Below are positions 1-7,590 of a stretch of 64,000 bases of DNA, piece after piece. Below the pieces are notes generated by a model. The model did no database searches. It had not been told where the DNA came from and saw only the letters and a list, made by a program, of their open reading frames with translations. Within the stretch, counting starts at the first letter, position 1. Every line of letters begins with the position of its first letter. This stretch comes from Minisyncoccota bacterium. GTDB taxonomy: Bacteria; Patescibacteriota; Minisyncoccia; Phycocordibacterales; GWA1-40-21. The position numbers and the translations under genes are program-made. The DNA lies in the NCBI GenBank assembly GCA_041659365.1, contig JBAZYH010000004.1, positions 164 through 64,163 of the forward strand. The letters are read 5' to 3'.

Positions 1-24
1 TACTCCGTCGCAATCCAGGTTAGT

Positions 25-175
25 ATTTATTTTTTTTGTATTGTCATTCCCGCGTAGGCGGGAATCCAGTATTATCGTATTTCCGTCTTTGCGAGGAACG
101 AAGCAATCCAGGTTTGTATTCAATTAATCATGGATTCCTGCCTACGCAGGAATGACACAATACATAGTTGTATTA
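25..175. repeat. Cluster of about 45-nt hairpin repeat units (types A and B, in inverted and direct orientation) at the window edge
   Basis: Units are tgtcattcccgcgtaggcgggaatccag, gtctttgcgaggaacgaagcaatccagg and tggattcctgcctacgcaggaatgacacaataca. The same termini (CTGGATT...GACAATACAAAA) recur at twelve or more loci. Confidence 0.8.
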
Positions 176-183
176 TTTTTGGG

Positions 184-268
184 GCTAAAACACTTTTAGT
201 AAAAAGTGTTCGCCCGAACTTTTTGGTACTATTGTAAAAAGTTATAGGGGGGGGTATAATTAAAACAT
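184..268 (+). promoter_or_regulatory. Promoter-associated element (GGGCTAAA-hairpin-TTCGCCCGAA), then a TATAAT box upstream of CDS 290
   Basis: gggctaaaacacttttagtaaaaagtgttcgcccgaac matches the elements upstream of tRNA-Val and tRNA-Trp. tataat lies at 263-268. Confidence 0.5.
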
Positions 269-289
269 TAGTAATTAATATATAAAAAT

Positions 290-556
290 ATGGGAGAAAT
301 ATTAAAAAATAGTGAACTAACAGACGAATCAAAAGTTGACGAATTTGAGTCTCAGAGAGATGAAAGATTAAAATATTTAAAATCACTTACAATCGAAGAT
401 TTAGAACAAGAACTAGAAGAGGTTAGTACAGCTCGTTATATACAGGGAGAAGAGAGAACCTTAACCCCAGAAACATCAGAACAATTTCATAAATATCTAG
501 CTATGATTGAAGAAGAGATAATATCGAAGAAAAAAGCAAAAAATCCTAAAAGTTAA
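290..556 (+). CDS. Hypothetical acidic protein (88 aa)
   Basis: ORF with a strong upstream promoter-like element. No recognisable domain. Confidence 0.4.
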   Translation: MGEILKNSELTDESKVDEFESQRDERLKYLKSLTIEDLEQELEEVSTARYIQGEERTLTPETSEQFHKYLAMIEEEIISKKKAKNPKS

Positions 557-618
557 TTTTCGGAGGTCGGACTTCAATTTCCGGAGGTCGAACTTCAGGG
601 TAAAAGTAGCTTATAAAA

Positions 619-648
619 TCAACCACTATTTGGTGGTTGATTTTGTTA
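619..648 (+). terminator. Rho-independent terminator hairpin
   Basis: aaatcaaccactatttggtggttgatttt: stem caaccac/gtggttg, then a T run. Confidence 0.6.
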
Positions 649-689
649 TTAAAAAACTTGGATTTTCGTTTAAAGGAATAATAATACAA

Positions 690-745
690 ATACGAACCTG
701 GATTGCCACAGGTGATTACACCTTCGCAAAGACGTGCAAAAAGGA
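690..745. repeat. B-type hairpin repeat unit
   Basis: cctggattgccacaggtgattacaccttcgcaaagacgtgcaaaaagg is nearly identical to 37196-37245. Confidence 0.8.
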
Positions 746-881
746 ATTGTATTTGAATTTTTACTAGCGAGCGAAGCTGAGTGTTTTGAAAGCCTTACGG
801 AGCAGAATTTTTAGTAAAAAATTTTGTGAGTAGAGAAAAACTGCCGTGACTGACGACAGTTTTATCCTTAATGTATTAACA

Positions 882-1000
882 TTAGCGAGCGAGTTTTCAC
901 TTTTTAAAACCATTTCGCAGTGCGACGGCATGAGAATAGCAGATTTCTAGCAAGAAATCATGCGCGGTTTTAAAAAGAGAAAAGGAGCGAGCCTCTACTT
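882..1000. repeat. About 118-bp structured element. An inverted copy lies at 60297-60415 (~95% identity).
   Basis: Direct comparison: ...gcgagcgagttttcactttttaaaaccatttcgcagtgcgacggcatgagaatagcagatttctagcaagaaatcatgcgcggttttaaaaagagaaaaggagcgagcc. Contains an internal hairpin ttttaaaacc...ggttttaaaa. Confidence 0.8.
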
Positions 1001-1158
1001 CCAGAATGGAGAATAAGCTATAACCATACTTATAATAATAAGTACTGCTACTACTGACCATGTAATTTTGATAACGTTTTTAGTTTTTTTGTTAAAAAGC
1101 ATGTTGTTATTATTCAATTATTCTTATAAAATACTATAAGGTTAAATATACATCAAAG

Positions 1159-1536
1159 ATGTTTGATTATCAACAGAAGAAAAAGATAAGGAAAGTTATA
1201 TATTCTAAAATTACTTTAGTAGTTCTATTTATTTTTATTATTATTCTTGCGAAGGCAAATTATGGTATATTTAAAAAAGAGAGGTTAAGTAGAGAAAATT
1301 ATAATATAGTAAAGGATGACTTCGATTCTTTAAAAGGAAGGAAAGTAGTGTTAGAATCTGAAATTAGTAGATTAAAAACAAGTGAAGGTGTAGAAGAAGA
1401 AATAAGGTCAAAGTTTGATGTTTCAAAACCAGGTGAAGTTGTAGTAAATATTATTGATTCTGGCAGTAGTACTTCTATAGAAGGTGAAGAAGTCGGTGTT
1501 GGTTTTTGGAATAAAATAATTAATTGGTTTAAATAG
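1159..1536 (+). CDS. FtsB/DivIC/FtsL-like septum formation initiator (N-terminal TM, then coiled coil)
   Basis: N-terminal hydrophobic helix (ITLVVLFIFIIILA) followed by a coiled-coil segment. Composition is typical of the FtsB/DivIC family. Confidence 0.5.
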   Translation: MFDYQQKKKIRKVIYSKITLVVLFIFIIILAKANYGIFKKERLSRENYNIVKDDFDSLKGRKVVLESEISRLKTSEGVEEEIRSKFDVSKPGEVVVNIIDSGSSTSIEGEEVGVGFWNKIINWFK

Positions 1537-1541
1537 TAATT

Positions 1542-1612
1542 GCGGGTGTAGTATAGTGGCAGTATGAGTGCTTCCCAAGCATTAGGCGTGAGTCCGATTC
1601 TCACTACCCGCA
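1542..1612 (+). tRNA. tRNA-Gly(CCC), probable. The D-arm does not pair canonically.
   Basis: Acceptor gcgggtg/tacccgc (one G-U). Anticodon stem agtgc/gcatt, loop ttCCCaa. T-arm gtgag-tccgatt-ctcac. The D-stem gtat/tatg is not complementary. Confidence 0.5.
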
Positions 1613-1705
1613 CAAATGTGACTTATTTTTTAGCTTTTGATATAATGTTTAATGTTATTAATTAATAGAGATGTCATATTTTAAAGAATATGTCTAAATA
1701 GAGTT

Positions 1706-1738
1706 TATGTCGTGTTTCAATGGACACTACGCGACATG
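1706..1738. promoter_or_regulatory. Hairpin motif GTCGYG-TTCAATGGAC-GCGAC just upstream of the glutaredoxin-like gene
   Basis: atgtcgtgtttcaatggacactacgcgacat. An inverted near-copy lies at 45988-46020. The same loop motif occurs in the tandem hairpins at 7331-7590. Confidence 0.5.
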
Positions 1739-1758
1739 ATTCTGCAGAATCAAATCAC

Positions 1759-1992
1759 ATGAAAAAAATAATAATGTATTCAACACCAACTTGTCATTAC
1801 TGTAATCTAGCCAAAGATTTTTTTGATGAACATAATGTAGAATATGATGTACATAATGTTTCTATCGATCTTGAAAAGAGAAAAGAAATGATGGATAAAA
1901 GTGGTCAAATGGGTGTGCCTGTAATATATATAGGCGATGATATGATACTTGGTTTTGACGAAGAAAAGATTAGAGATTTGTTAGGATTGTAA
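1759..1992 (+). CDS. Glutaredoxin/NrdH-like redoxin (CxxC = CHYC)
   Basis: MKKIIMYSTPTCHYCNLAKDFF...GVPVIYIGDDMILGFDEEKI is a thioredoxin-fold glutaredoxin signature. The start is placed at the internal ATG after the hairpin. Confidence 0.8.
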   Translation: MKKIIMYSTPTCHYCNLAKDFFDEHNVEYDVHNVSIDLEKRKEMMDKSGQMGVPVIYIGDDMILGFDEEKIRDLLGL

Positions 1993-2055
1993 TAAAAACA
2001 AAAACCACTTATAAGTGGTTTTTGTTTTTAGATGTGTTATATTTTACATGCATTT

Positions 2056-2127
2056 GCCTTTGTAGTTGAATGGATAGAACAATCCCGTCCTAAGGGATAG
2101 ATGTCAGTTCGATTCTGACCGAGGGCA
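2056..2127 (+). tRNA. tRNA-Arg(CCU)
   Basis: Acceptor gcctttg/cgagggc (two G-U). D-arm gttg-aatggata-gaac. Anticodon stem atccc/gggat, loop gtCCTaa. T-arm gtcag-ttcgatt-ctgac. Confidence 0.8.
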
Positions 2128-2160
2128 CATTTATTTTAGAAAAAGTGATATAATAAAAAC

Positions 2161-2427
2161 ATGGATCAAGAAGAAAAAGAAATTTTGCAAAAAACTTTTG
2201 AATTATCAGAAGAAAATAATAAAATTTTGCGTGGTTTAAGAAGTATTAATAGGTGGTCTTATGCTATGAAAATTATTTATTGGACATTTATTATCGTTGT
2301 TGCTTTTAGTGCATACTTTTTTGTTCAGCCTTATGTCGAAATATTAGATAATACATATAATAATATAAGAAATAACGTTAATACTATAAATAGTGTGGCT
2401 AAAAAGCTCCCTATGTCTTTTCAATAA
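2161..2427 (+). CDS. Hypothetical small membrane protein (88 aa)
   Basis: One predicted TM helix (IIYWTFIIVVAFSAYFFV). Confidence 0.4.
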   Translation: MDQEEKEILQKTFELSEENNKILRGLRSINRWSYAMKIIYWTFIIVVAFSAYFFVQPYVEILDNTYNNIRNNVNTINSVAKKLPMSFQ

Positions 2428-2506
2428 AAGGCTGGAAAAAAATATTAAAATAGTGTAATATGTTTGTTGTAGGAAACTACAACTGTCCTAAGACCTTTTA
2501 TTTTAA

Positions 2507-2565
2507 TAAAAGGTTCGGGCGAACATTTTGTTTTGTCAAAATGTTTTAGCCAAGATAGCTCAGTT
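2507..2565 (+). pseudogene. Decayed duplicate of the tRNA-Phe promoter plus the first 17 nt of tRNA-Phe
   Basis: gttcgggcgaac...tcaaaatgttttag, then gccaagatagctcagtt, identical to tRNA-Phe positions 1-17. Unrelated hairpins follow (tccgccagaggcgga, ccagcctattgaaagggctgg). Confidence 0.6.
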
Positions 2566-2658
2566 TCCGCCAGAGGCGGACCAGCCTATTGAAAGGGCTG
2601 GGGTAGAGATTTCGAGGTGGTTAGTATAGGGATGGTGTAAATTGTAAAATTTGTTTTT

Positions 2659-2734
2659 GCCAAGATAGCTCAGTTGGTAGAGCATTCCCCTGAAGAGGGA
2701 AGGGTCCCCAGTTCGAGCCTGGGTCTTGGCACCA
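2659..2734 (+). tRNA. tRNA-Phe(GAA), CCA encoded
   Basis: gccaaga-ta-gctc-agttggtag-agc. Anticodon stem ttccc/gggaa, loop ctGAAga. T-arm cccag-ttcgagc-ctggg. Acceptor 3' strand tcttggc, then acca. Confidence 0.9.
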
Positions 2735-2740
2735 AAATAA

Positions 2741-2790
2741 AAAATCGCAGTCTTTAAGACTGTGATTTTTTATTTTGGTGCCAAGAAGGA
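2741..2790 (+). terminator. Terminator hairpin followed by an inverted copy of the tRNA-Phe 3' end, forming an extended palindrome of about 60 bp
   Basis: cttggcaccaaaataaaaaatcgcagtctttaagactgtgattttttattttggtgccaag. Confidence 0.6.
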
Positions 2791-2919
2791 GTGAACTGCT
2801 TCACTCCGTCCCAGGCTCGAAAGACTTTTCAATATTTACGAAAGGTATTCTTTGAGTAAATCTGAAAGGTACCTGGCTACGTGGTAGCCGAGCTTGGGTC
2901 TGAAATTGTGTCATTACGA

Positions 2920-3010
2920 GAAGGTACTCCGACGTAGTAATCCAGGTTCATGTTTTATTTTAAAATTAATTCAACCTGGATTGCGACCACGTAAAAATGA
3001 TTACATTCAC
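2920..3010. repeat. Inverted pair of B-type hairpin repeat units
   Basis: tgtgtcattacgagaaggtactccgacgtagtaatccagg ... cctggattgcgaccacgtaaaaatgattacattcacgtggcacagcgtcaggatacttcctcgcaaagaca. Confidence 0.75.
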
Positions 3011-3121
3011 GTGGCACAGCGTCAGGATACTTCCTCGCAAAGACACTCAATAAACAACACAAATAAAAACACGAAGAATTTTCGCTTTGCGAAAATTCTT
3101 CGTGTTTTTACCTTATAAATT

Positions 3122-3574
3122 TTACGAACTTTTTACCTTCAACTTCGCCTGTCTGTTTTTGTCTAATTTTGGTAGTCTGATTGTTAGTAATCCATTTTTA
3201 TTTGTTGCTTCTGCTTCCTCAACCTCAATCTCTTGGGGAAGAATTATTGTTCTAGAAAAACAACCCCAATATAATTCTTTATGAAAAAAATCATCATCAT
3301 CTGAAGAATCAGATTCTTCTCTTTTTCCTTTAATAGTAACCATATCTCTAGTTATATTTATATCAAGATCGTCTGGTTTGGTACCAGCAACCATAGTTTT
3401 TATAATTATTTCACTAGGTGTTTGAAACATATCTATAGCAAGCTGGCCTTCTGTTTCGCATAGCATTTCTTCTGTTTCCTCATCTGAATCATCGTTTGAC
3501 GACTCTATTTCATTATAGTCATCATCAATTTTTACAATTCCTGTTAACCTCTCAAAAAAAGATTTCTTTTTCAT
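3122..3574 (-). CDS. Hsp20/alpha-crystallin family small heat-shock protein
   Basis: C-terminal GLLTIRLPK motif and ACD-like core, plus an acidic low-complexity insertion. Confidence 0.75.
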   Translation of the reverse strand: MKKKSFFERLTGIVKIDDDYNEIESSNDDSDEETEEMLCETEGQLAIDMFQTPSEIIIKTMVAGTKPDDLDINITRDMVTIKGKREESDSSDDDDFFHKELYWGCFSRTIILPQEIEVEEAEATNKNGLLTIRLPKLDKNRQAKLKVKSS

Positions 3575-3699
3575 CCCATTATAAATTTTAAAATTATTAA
3601 TTTGCGACTATTTTTAATTTAATATCAGTAATATTTATTCGTCGTTATTTTTTTATGTTAAATTTATAACGGGATAAATATTTTTTAACAAAAATAAAT

Positions 3700-4512
3700 T
3701 TAAATTTTTTCTAATTTTATTTTTTTAATTTTCTCAAAAGCTAGTAGTACTATTATAACAGCAACCCAGATTATTTCCAAAGCCATAAGAGATCCTCTTG
3801 CGTTACCAACCATAAAGAAATTAAATAGCGCATGTGTAATTATGGCGCAGACGAGTCCTGTGAGTGTCCATCCAAACCTACTCATTCTCTTGTTAAAGAA
3901 GTTAAAACCTATAAACATACCAACAGTCACAGATGATACGGTGTGAAGTAGTGTTGCTCCTATAAAGCGCATATTACCTGTAAGTACACTATTTGTAATC
4001 TGTCCTTTTGTTAGTGGGTCTATTAAAAAAAGCATATTTTCTACTGCAGCAAAACCAAGAGCAACAGTTATCATGTATATCATTGGATCTATTGCCTCGT
4101 CATCATCTTTTGATCTCAAAACAATAAAATAGGCTATTATAAATTTGAAAAACTCTTCTATTATTGGGGCAAAGAATATAACTATTATAAGTCTGTTTAA
4201 TATAATTTTTTCTTGTGAGGATATATGTTCAAGCCAAATTAGTAAGGGTTTTAAAAAATCTCCAGACAAAAGATTTCTAATATTTATTTCAGAAGAAAGT
4301 TTTTCAAAATATAAAGAACAAAAAACAGCAATAATACCTCCTATGAAAGCAATTATTATCATTAATTTTGGCTCAGGTTTCTCTTTGTCTTCTTTAAGCC
4401 AAAAAATAAGCCAGACAATCGCAGGTAAGATCCCGCCGATAAGGGCGTATATTAATGTTGTAATGTTTATGTCCACTAGTATTATTTTAACTCTTAATTG
4501 GCCAACTTTCAA
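3700..4512 (-). CDS. PrsW-like/CPBP-like intramembrane protease (multi-TM)
   Basis: Motifs EEFFK (EExxK), FIGATLLH and HALFN (HxxxN) in a polytopic membrane protein. Confidence 0.5.
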   Translation of the reverse strand: MKVGQLRVKIILVDINITTLIYALIGGILPAIVWLIFWLKEDKEKPEPKLMIIIAFIGGIIAVFCSLYFEKLSSEINIRNLLSGDFLKPLLIWLEHISSQEKIILNRLIIVIFFAPIIEEFFKFIIAYFIVLRSKDDDEAIDPMIYMITVALGFAAVENMLFLIDPLTKGQITNSVLTGNMRFIGATLLHTVSSVTVGMFIGFNFFNKRMSRFGWTLTGLVCAIITHALFNFFMVGNARGSLMALEIIWVAVIIVLLAFEKIKKIKLEKI

Positions 4513-6760
4513 TCATTAGTAGATTCTTTTTCTCGTCATTAATAGATGTCCATATTTCTTCTGTAAGAAATGGCATAAAAGGATGTAGGGAAGTAATAAT
4601 AATTCTAATAGTTTTTAATAGGAATTGTTTTCTAGATTCTATTTCCATTGACGCGGATTCTTGCGGACTAGACGCGGAAGATGCGGAATCTAATGCAAAT
4701 ATTTTTTTACTTTCCTCAAGTATTACATCAGCAAAATTCTTCCATGCGTATTGATATATTTTATCTCCAGCCATGTAGAACCTGTAGTCTTCCATATCTT
4801 TTGTTATATCGGATAGGAGAGATTCCCTTTCTTCTATAAGTTTTTTATCTACTTCAGAATATTTATCAAAATTTTCTGAATATTTTGTATCCTTTGTCGA
4901 TTCAAGGACAAATCTAGTAATATTCCAAACCTTATTTGCAAAGTTTTTATAACCTTTTATTTTATCTTCTGAAATGTTCATATCTGTGCCTGGAGTATTA
5001 CCAATAATAAGAGACATTCTTCCAGCATCAGTACCAAATTTTGCTGAAATATCTAATGGATCCATATTATTACCAAGAGATTTAGACATTTTTCTTCCTT
5101 TTGCATCCCTAATCATTCCATGAAAATAAACCGTTTCAAATGGAATTGTTCCAAGGTTGTATCCGGTCATCATTATCATTCTTGATACCCAGAAAGGTAA
5201 AATATCATAACCAGTTTCTAAAACATTTGTTGGGTGATAAAAACCAAGATCATTTGTTTTTTCTGGCCAACCTAAAGTTGAGAAAGTCCAAAGTGCAGAA
5301 GAAAACCAAGTATCCAAAGTATCTTCATCTTGTACCCACCCTTCACCTTTTGGATTTTCTATATCACAAAATGTTTCATTTCCTTTATAATAAACTGGAA
5401 TACGATGACCATACCAAATTTGTCTTGAAATACACCAATCTCTGAGATTATCTATCCAGTGAAAATAAACTTTTTCAAAGAAATCAGGAATCATCTTTAT
5501 TTGACCATTTTCTACAGATTTTTTCATTATTTCTTTTAGTGTGACAGTATCTCCAGACTCAATACCTTTTATTTCTGAGTGTTGTATTTTAAATGATTTG
5601 CTAACAGATATAAACCATTGAAGCTTTGGTAACGGTTCTATTATTCCGCCGGTCCTTTCTGCAGTTGAAATATTTTGTTTAACAGATTCTTCTTTTTCTA
5701 AAAGTCCTTCTGTTTTTAGCCATTCTACGATAATCTCTCGTGCTTCTGTTGTTTTCTTTCCTAAAATGTTTTCTCCACCAACTGTCATTTTTGCTACTTC
5801 ATTAATAACAATTTTATCTTTTGGAAGATTGTGTCTCTCAGCCATTTCCCAGTCGATTGTGCTATGTGCAGGAGTAACGCCTAGCGCACCAGTACCAAAT
5901 TCTTTATCTACTTCTTTATCCGCTATAATTTTAATATGAATAGAAACTCCACAAAAAATTGCGTCGTATTCTTTTCCTATATATTTTTGGTAACGTTCAT
6001 CTTCTGGATGCACAGCAACAGCAACATCACCAACTTTAGTTTCTGGTCTTGTTGTTGATATTGAAATAGGGAAGTCTTTTGAATATTTAAAGGTATAAAA
6101 TTTTGCATCTCTTTCCTCATAAACTATTTCGTCATCAGAAATAACAGTTTGGCCTTTCGGATCCCAATTAACAATCCTGTATCCTTTATAAATAAGTCCG
6201 TCATCATACATCTTTTTGAAAACTGTACGAACGGCAAGGTTTCTCTTTTCATCAAGAGTAAAAGCTTCACGAGACCAATCACAAGAAGCTCCCATAGTTT
6301 TTGTTTGGGAGATAATTGTATCGTGACTTTCTTTTGCAAATTCTTTAATCCTATGAACTAATTCTTCACGTCCCAAATCAAATCTAGATTTATTCTCATT
6401 CTTTTTTATTTCTTTCTCAACTTTTGATTGGGTAGCAATACCTGCATGATCTGTACCTGGAAGCCAAAGAGTTTTCTTACCACGCATTCTGTTATAACGA
6501 ATCATTACATCTTCAACTGTAAGGGTGAGTGCATGCCCCATATGAAGTTTGCCAGTTACGTTAGCTGGGGGCATCATTATTGAATATTTTTCTTTGTGTC
6601 TTTCTGGTAGATTATCAGGATTAAAATAACCAGATTCTTCCCATAGCTTATATATTCTAGGTTCAGTTTCTTGTGGGTTATATGGCTTTAAAAATTTGCT
6701 TGCCACGTTTGAATTTTCACTTTGTTCTTTATTTATCATATTTTTTTTGTTTAATTCCAT
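4487..6760 (-). CDS. valS: Valyl-tRNA synthetase (short form lacking the C-terminal coiled coil)
   Basis: PPANVTGKLHMGHALTLTVEDVMIRYNRMRGKKTLWLPGTDHAGIATQ (HIGH region) and KMSKSLGN. ValRS-type editing and anticodon domains. Confidence 0.85.
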   Translation of the reverse strand: MELNKKNMINKEQSENSNVASKFLKPYNPQETEPRIYKLWEESGYFNPDNLPERHKEKYSIMMPPANVTGKLHMGHALTLTVEDVMIRYNRMRGKKTLWLPGTDHAGIATQSKVEKEIKKNENKSRFDLGREELVHRIKEFAKESHDTIISQTKTMGASCDWSREAFTLDEKRNLAVRTVFKKMYDDGLIYKGYRIVNWDPKGQTVISDDEIVYEERDAKFYTFKYSKDFPISISTTRPETKVGDVAVAVHPEDERYQKYIGKEYDAIFCGVSIHIKIIADKEVDKEFGTGALGVTPAHSTIDWEMAERHNLPKDKIVINEVAKMTVGGENILGKKTTEAREIIVEWLKTEGLLEKEESVKQNISTAERTGGIIEPLPKLQWFISVSKSFKIQHSEIKGIESGDTVTLKEIMKKSVENGQIKMIPDFFEKVYFHWIDNLRDWCISRQIWYGHRIPVYYKGNETFCDIENPKGEGWVQDEDTLDTWFSSALWTFSTLGWPEKTNDLGFYHPTNVLETGYDILPFWVSRMIMMTGYNLGTIPFETVYFHGMIRDAKGRKMSKSLGNNMDPLDISAKFGTDAGRMSLIIGNTPGTDMNISEDKIKGYKNFANKVWNITRFVLESTKDTKYSENFDKYSEVDKKLIEERESLLSDITKDMEDYRFYMAGDKIYQYAWKNFADVILEESKKIFALDSASSASSPQESASMEIESRKQFLLKTIRIIITSLHPFMPFLTEEIWTSINDEKKNLLMIESWPIKS

Positions 6761-6956
6761 CGTAAGATTTTAACAGCGAACTATTCTCACAAAATTCTTT
6801 ACGTGGTCATTCACCCCATTAGAGTTTATATTTTGTGTTTTGTTTTCGTTCATTTTTTTATAATAAAATACACTTAGTTTTAGTGCTCCGTTTGATTAAA
6901 CTCTAACGAGGCAGGTTCTAAGATAATATCAGAAAAGAGTTATTTTTGAAAGAAAA

Positions 6957-6985
6957 AGAGGTCTCTTAGTGAGACCTTCTTTTTG
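6957..6985. terminator. Bidirectional terminator hairpin
   Basis: aagaggtctcttagtgagaccttcttttt. Confidence 0.6.
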
Positions 6986-6999
6986 GGTGACAAATAAAG

Positions 7000-7278
7000 T
7001 TAACTCCTGATAATTTTCCATTTTGTGGATGATCCTTTTCCTCTGAGCCTACAAACTTCAAGAAGTGTTTTGAGGGTTCGTGTTGTTCCACTATTGTCTA
7101 AGTTTGCAATCTTTGCAATTTGTTCGGTAGTGGCCGTACCACCAAGAGACTGTAGTGCATCAAAAACTCTTCTTTGACGCTCGTTCACTTTTTTGAGCCT
7201 TTCTTTGTTTGTGGTTTGCTTCTGGATATATAGTATTCTGATTTTGAGATAAGTAAAGAAAATTTTTACTTTATACAT
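7000..7278 (-). CDS. Small winged-helix DNA-binding regulator (start uncertain)
   Basis: RQRRVFDALQSLGGTATTEQIAKIANLDNSGTTRTLKTLLEV is a wHTH-like segment. The 5' part of the ORF overlaps a hairpin repeat, so the true start is probably internal or non-ATG. Confidence 0.45.
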   Translation of the reverse strand: MYKVKIFFTYLKIRILYIQKQTTNKERLKKVNERQRRVFDALQSLGGTATTEQIAKIANLDNSGTTRTLKTLLEVCRLRGKGSSTKWKIIRS

Positions 7279-7279
7279 T

Positions 7280-7312
7280 TGTCATTCCTGCGTAGGCAGG
7301 AATCCATAATTA
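7280..7312. repeat. A-type hairpin repeat unit
   Basis: tgtcattcctgcgtaggcaggaatccataat. Confidence 0.75.
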
Positions 7313-7330
7313 ATTCAATATCAATATATA

Positions 7331-7590
7331 AGGGAAGTTTTCTATTTTATTTGCGTCCCCCTAAAAGGACCCGCCCATTTTAATACAAATGTTTCGGGCA
7401 AGCAGTTGGGTGACGTGATTTTGCATTAAATATCTTAATAGATTAAAGGAAATATTCTATTTAGTTTGCGTCGCGCTTCAATGGACGATTGTGCGACGTG
7501 CTAATAAATTTAATAAATACATATATGGAAATTATCTATTAGTTTGCGTCCCCCCCAATTGGACAGTTGGGTGACGTGATCTTGCTAGAT
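7331..7590 (+). repeat. Three tandem copies of a hairpin-containing unit of about 80-120 bp (GGAAAtwTCTATTtAGTTTGCGTC ... GACGTG)
   Basis: Copies start near 7331, 7448 and 7528. Each has a conserved 5' box (ttctatt(t)agtttgcgtc), a GC stem (cgtcgc/gcgacg or cgtcccc/gggtgacg) and a GGAC-containing loop (ttcaatggac, caattggaca, aaaggaccc). Confidence 0.7.

Noticed and set aside
547-595. Direct duplication ttcggaggtcg(g/a)acttca twice after gene 290-556.
   Set aside because: It is a short local duplication next to a terminator. It is not found elsewhere in the window and there is no evidence of function.
1299-1613. A 104-aa ORF on the minus strand.
   Set aside because: It runs antisense through the FtsB-like gene and covers the tRNA-Gly locus. 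It is a shadow ORF.
2894-3284. ORFs 2894-3118 and 3087-3284 (+).
   Set aside because: They overlap the hairpin-repeat cluster and the Hsp20 gene on the opposite strand, so they are not credible coding regions.
7331-7590. Possible CRISPR array (three spaced repeats).
   Set aside because: There are only three units with imperfect repeats of unequal length. The variable parts are hairpin loops rather than spacers, and no cas genes are nearby.
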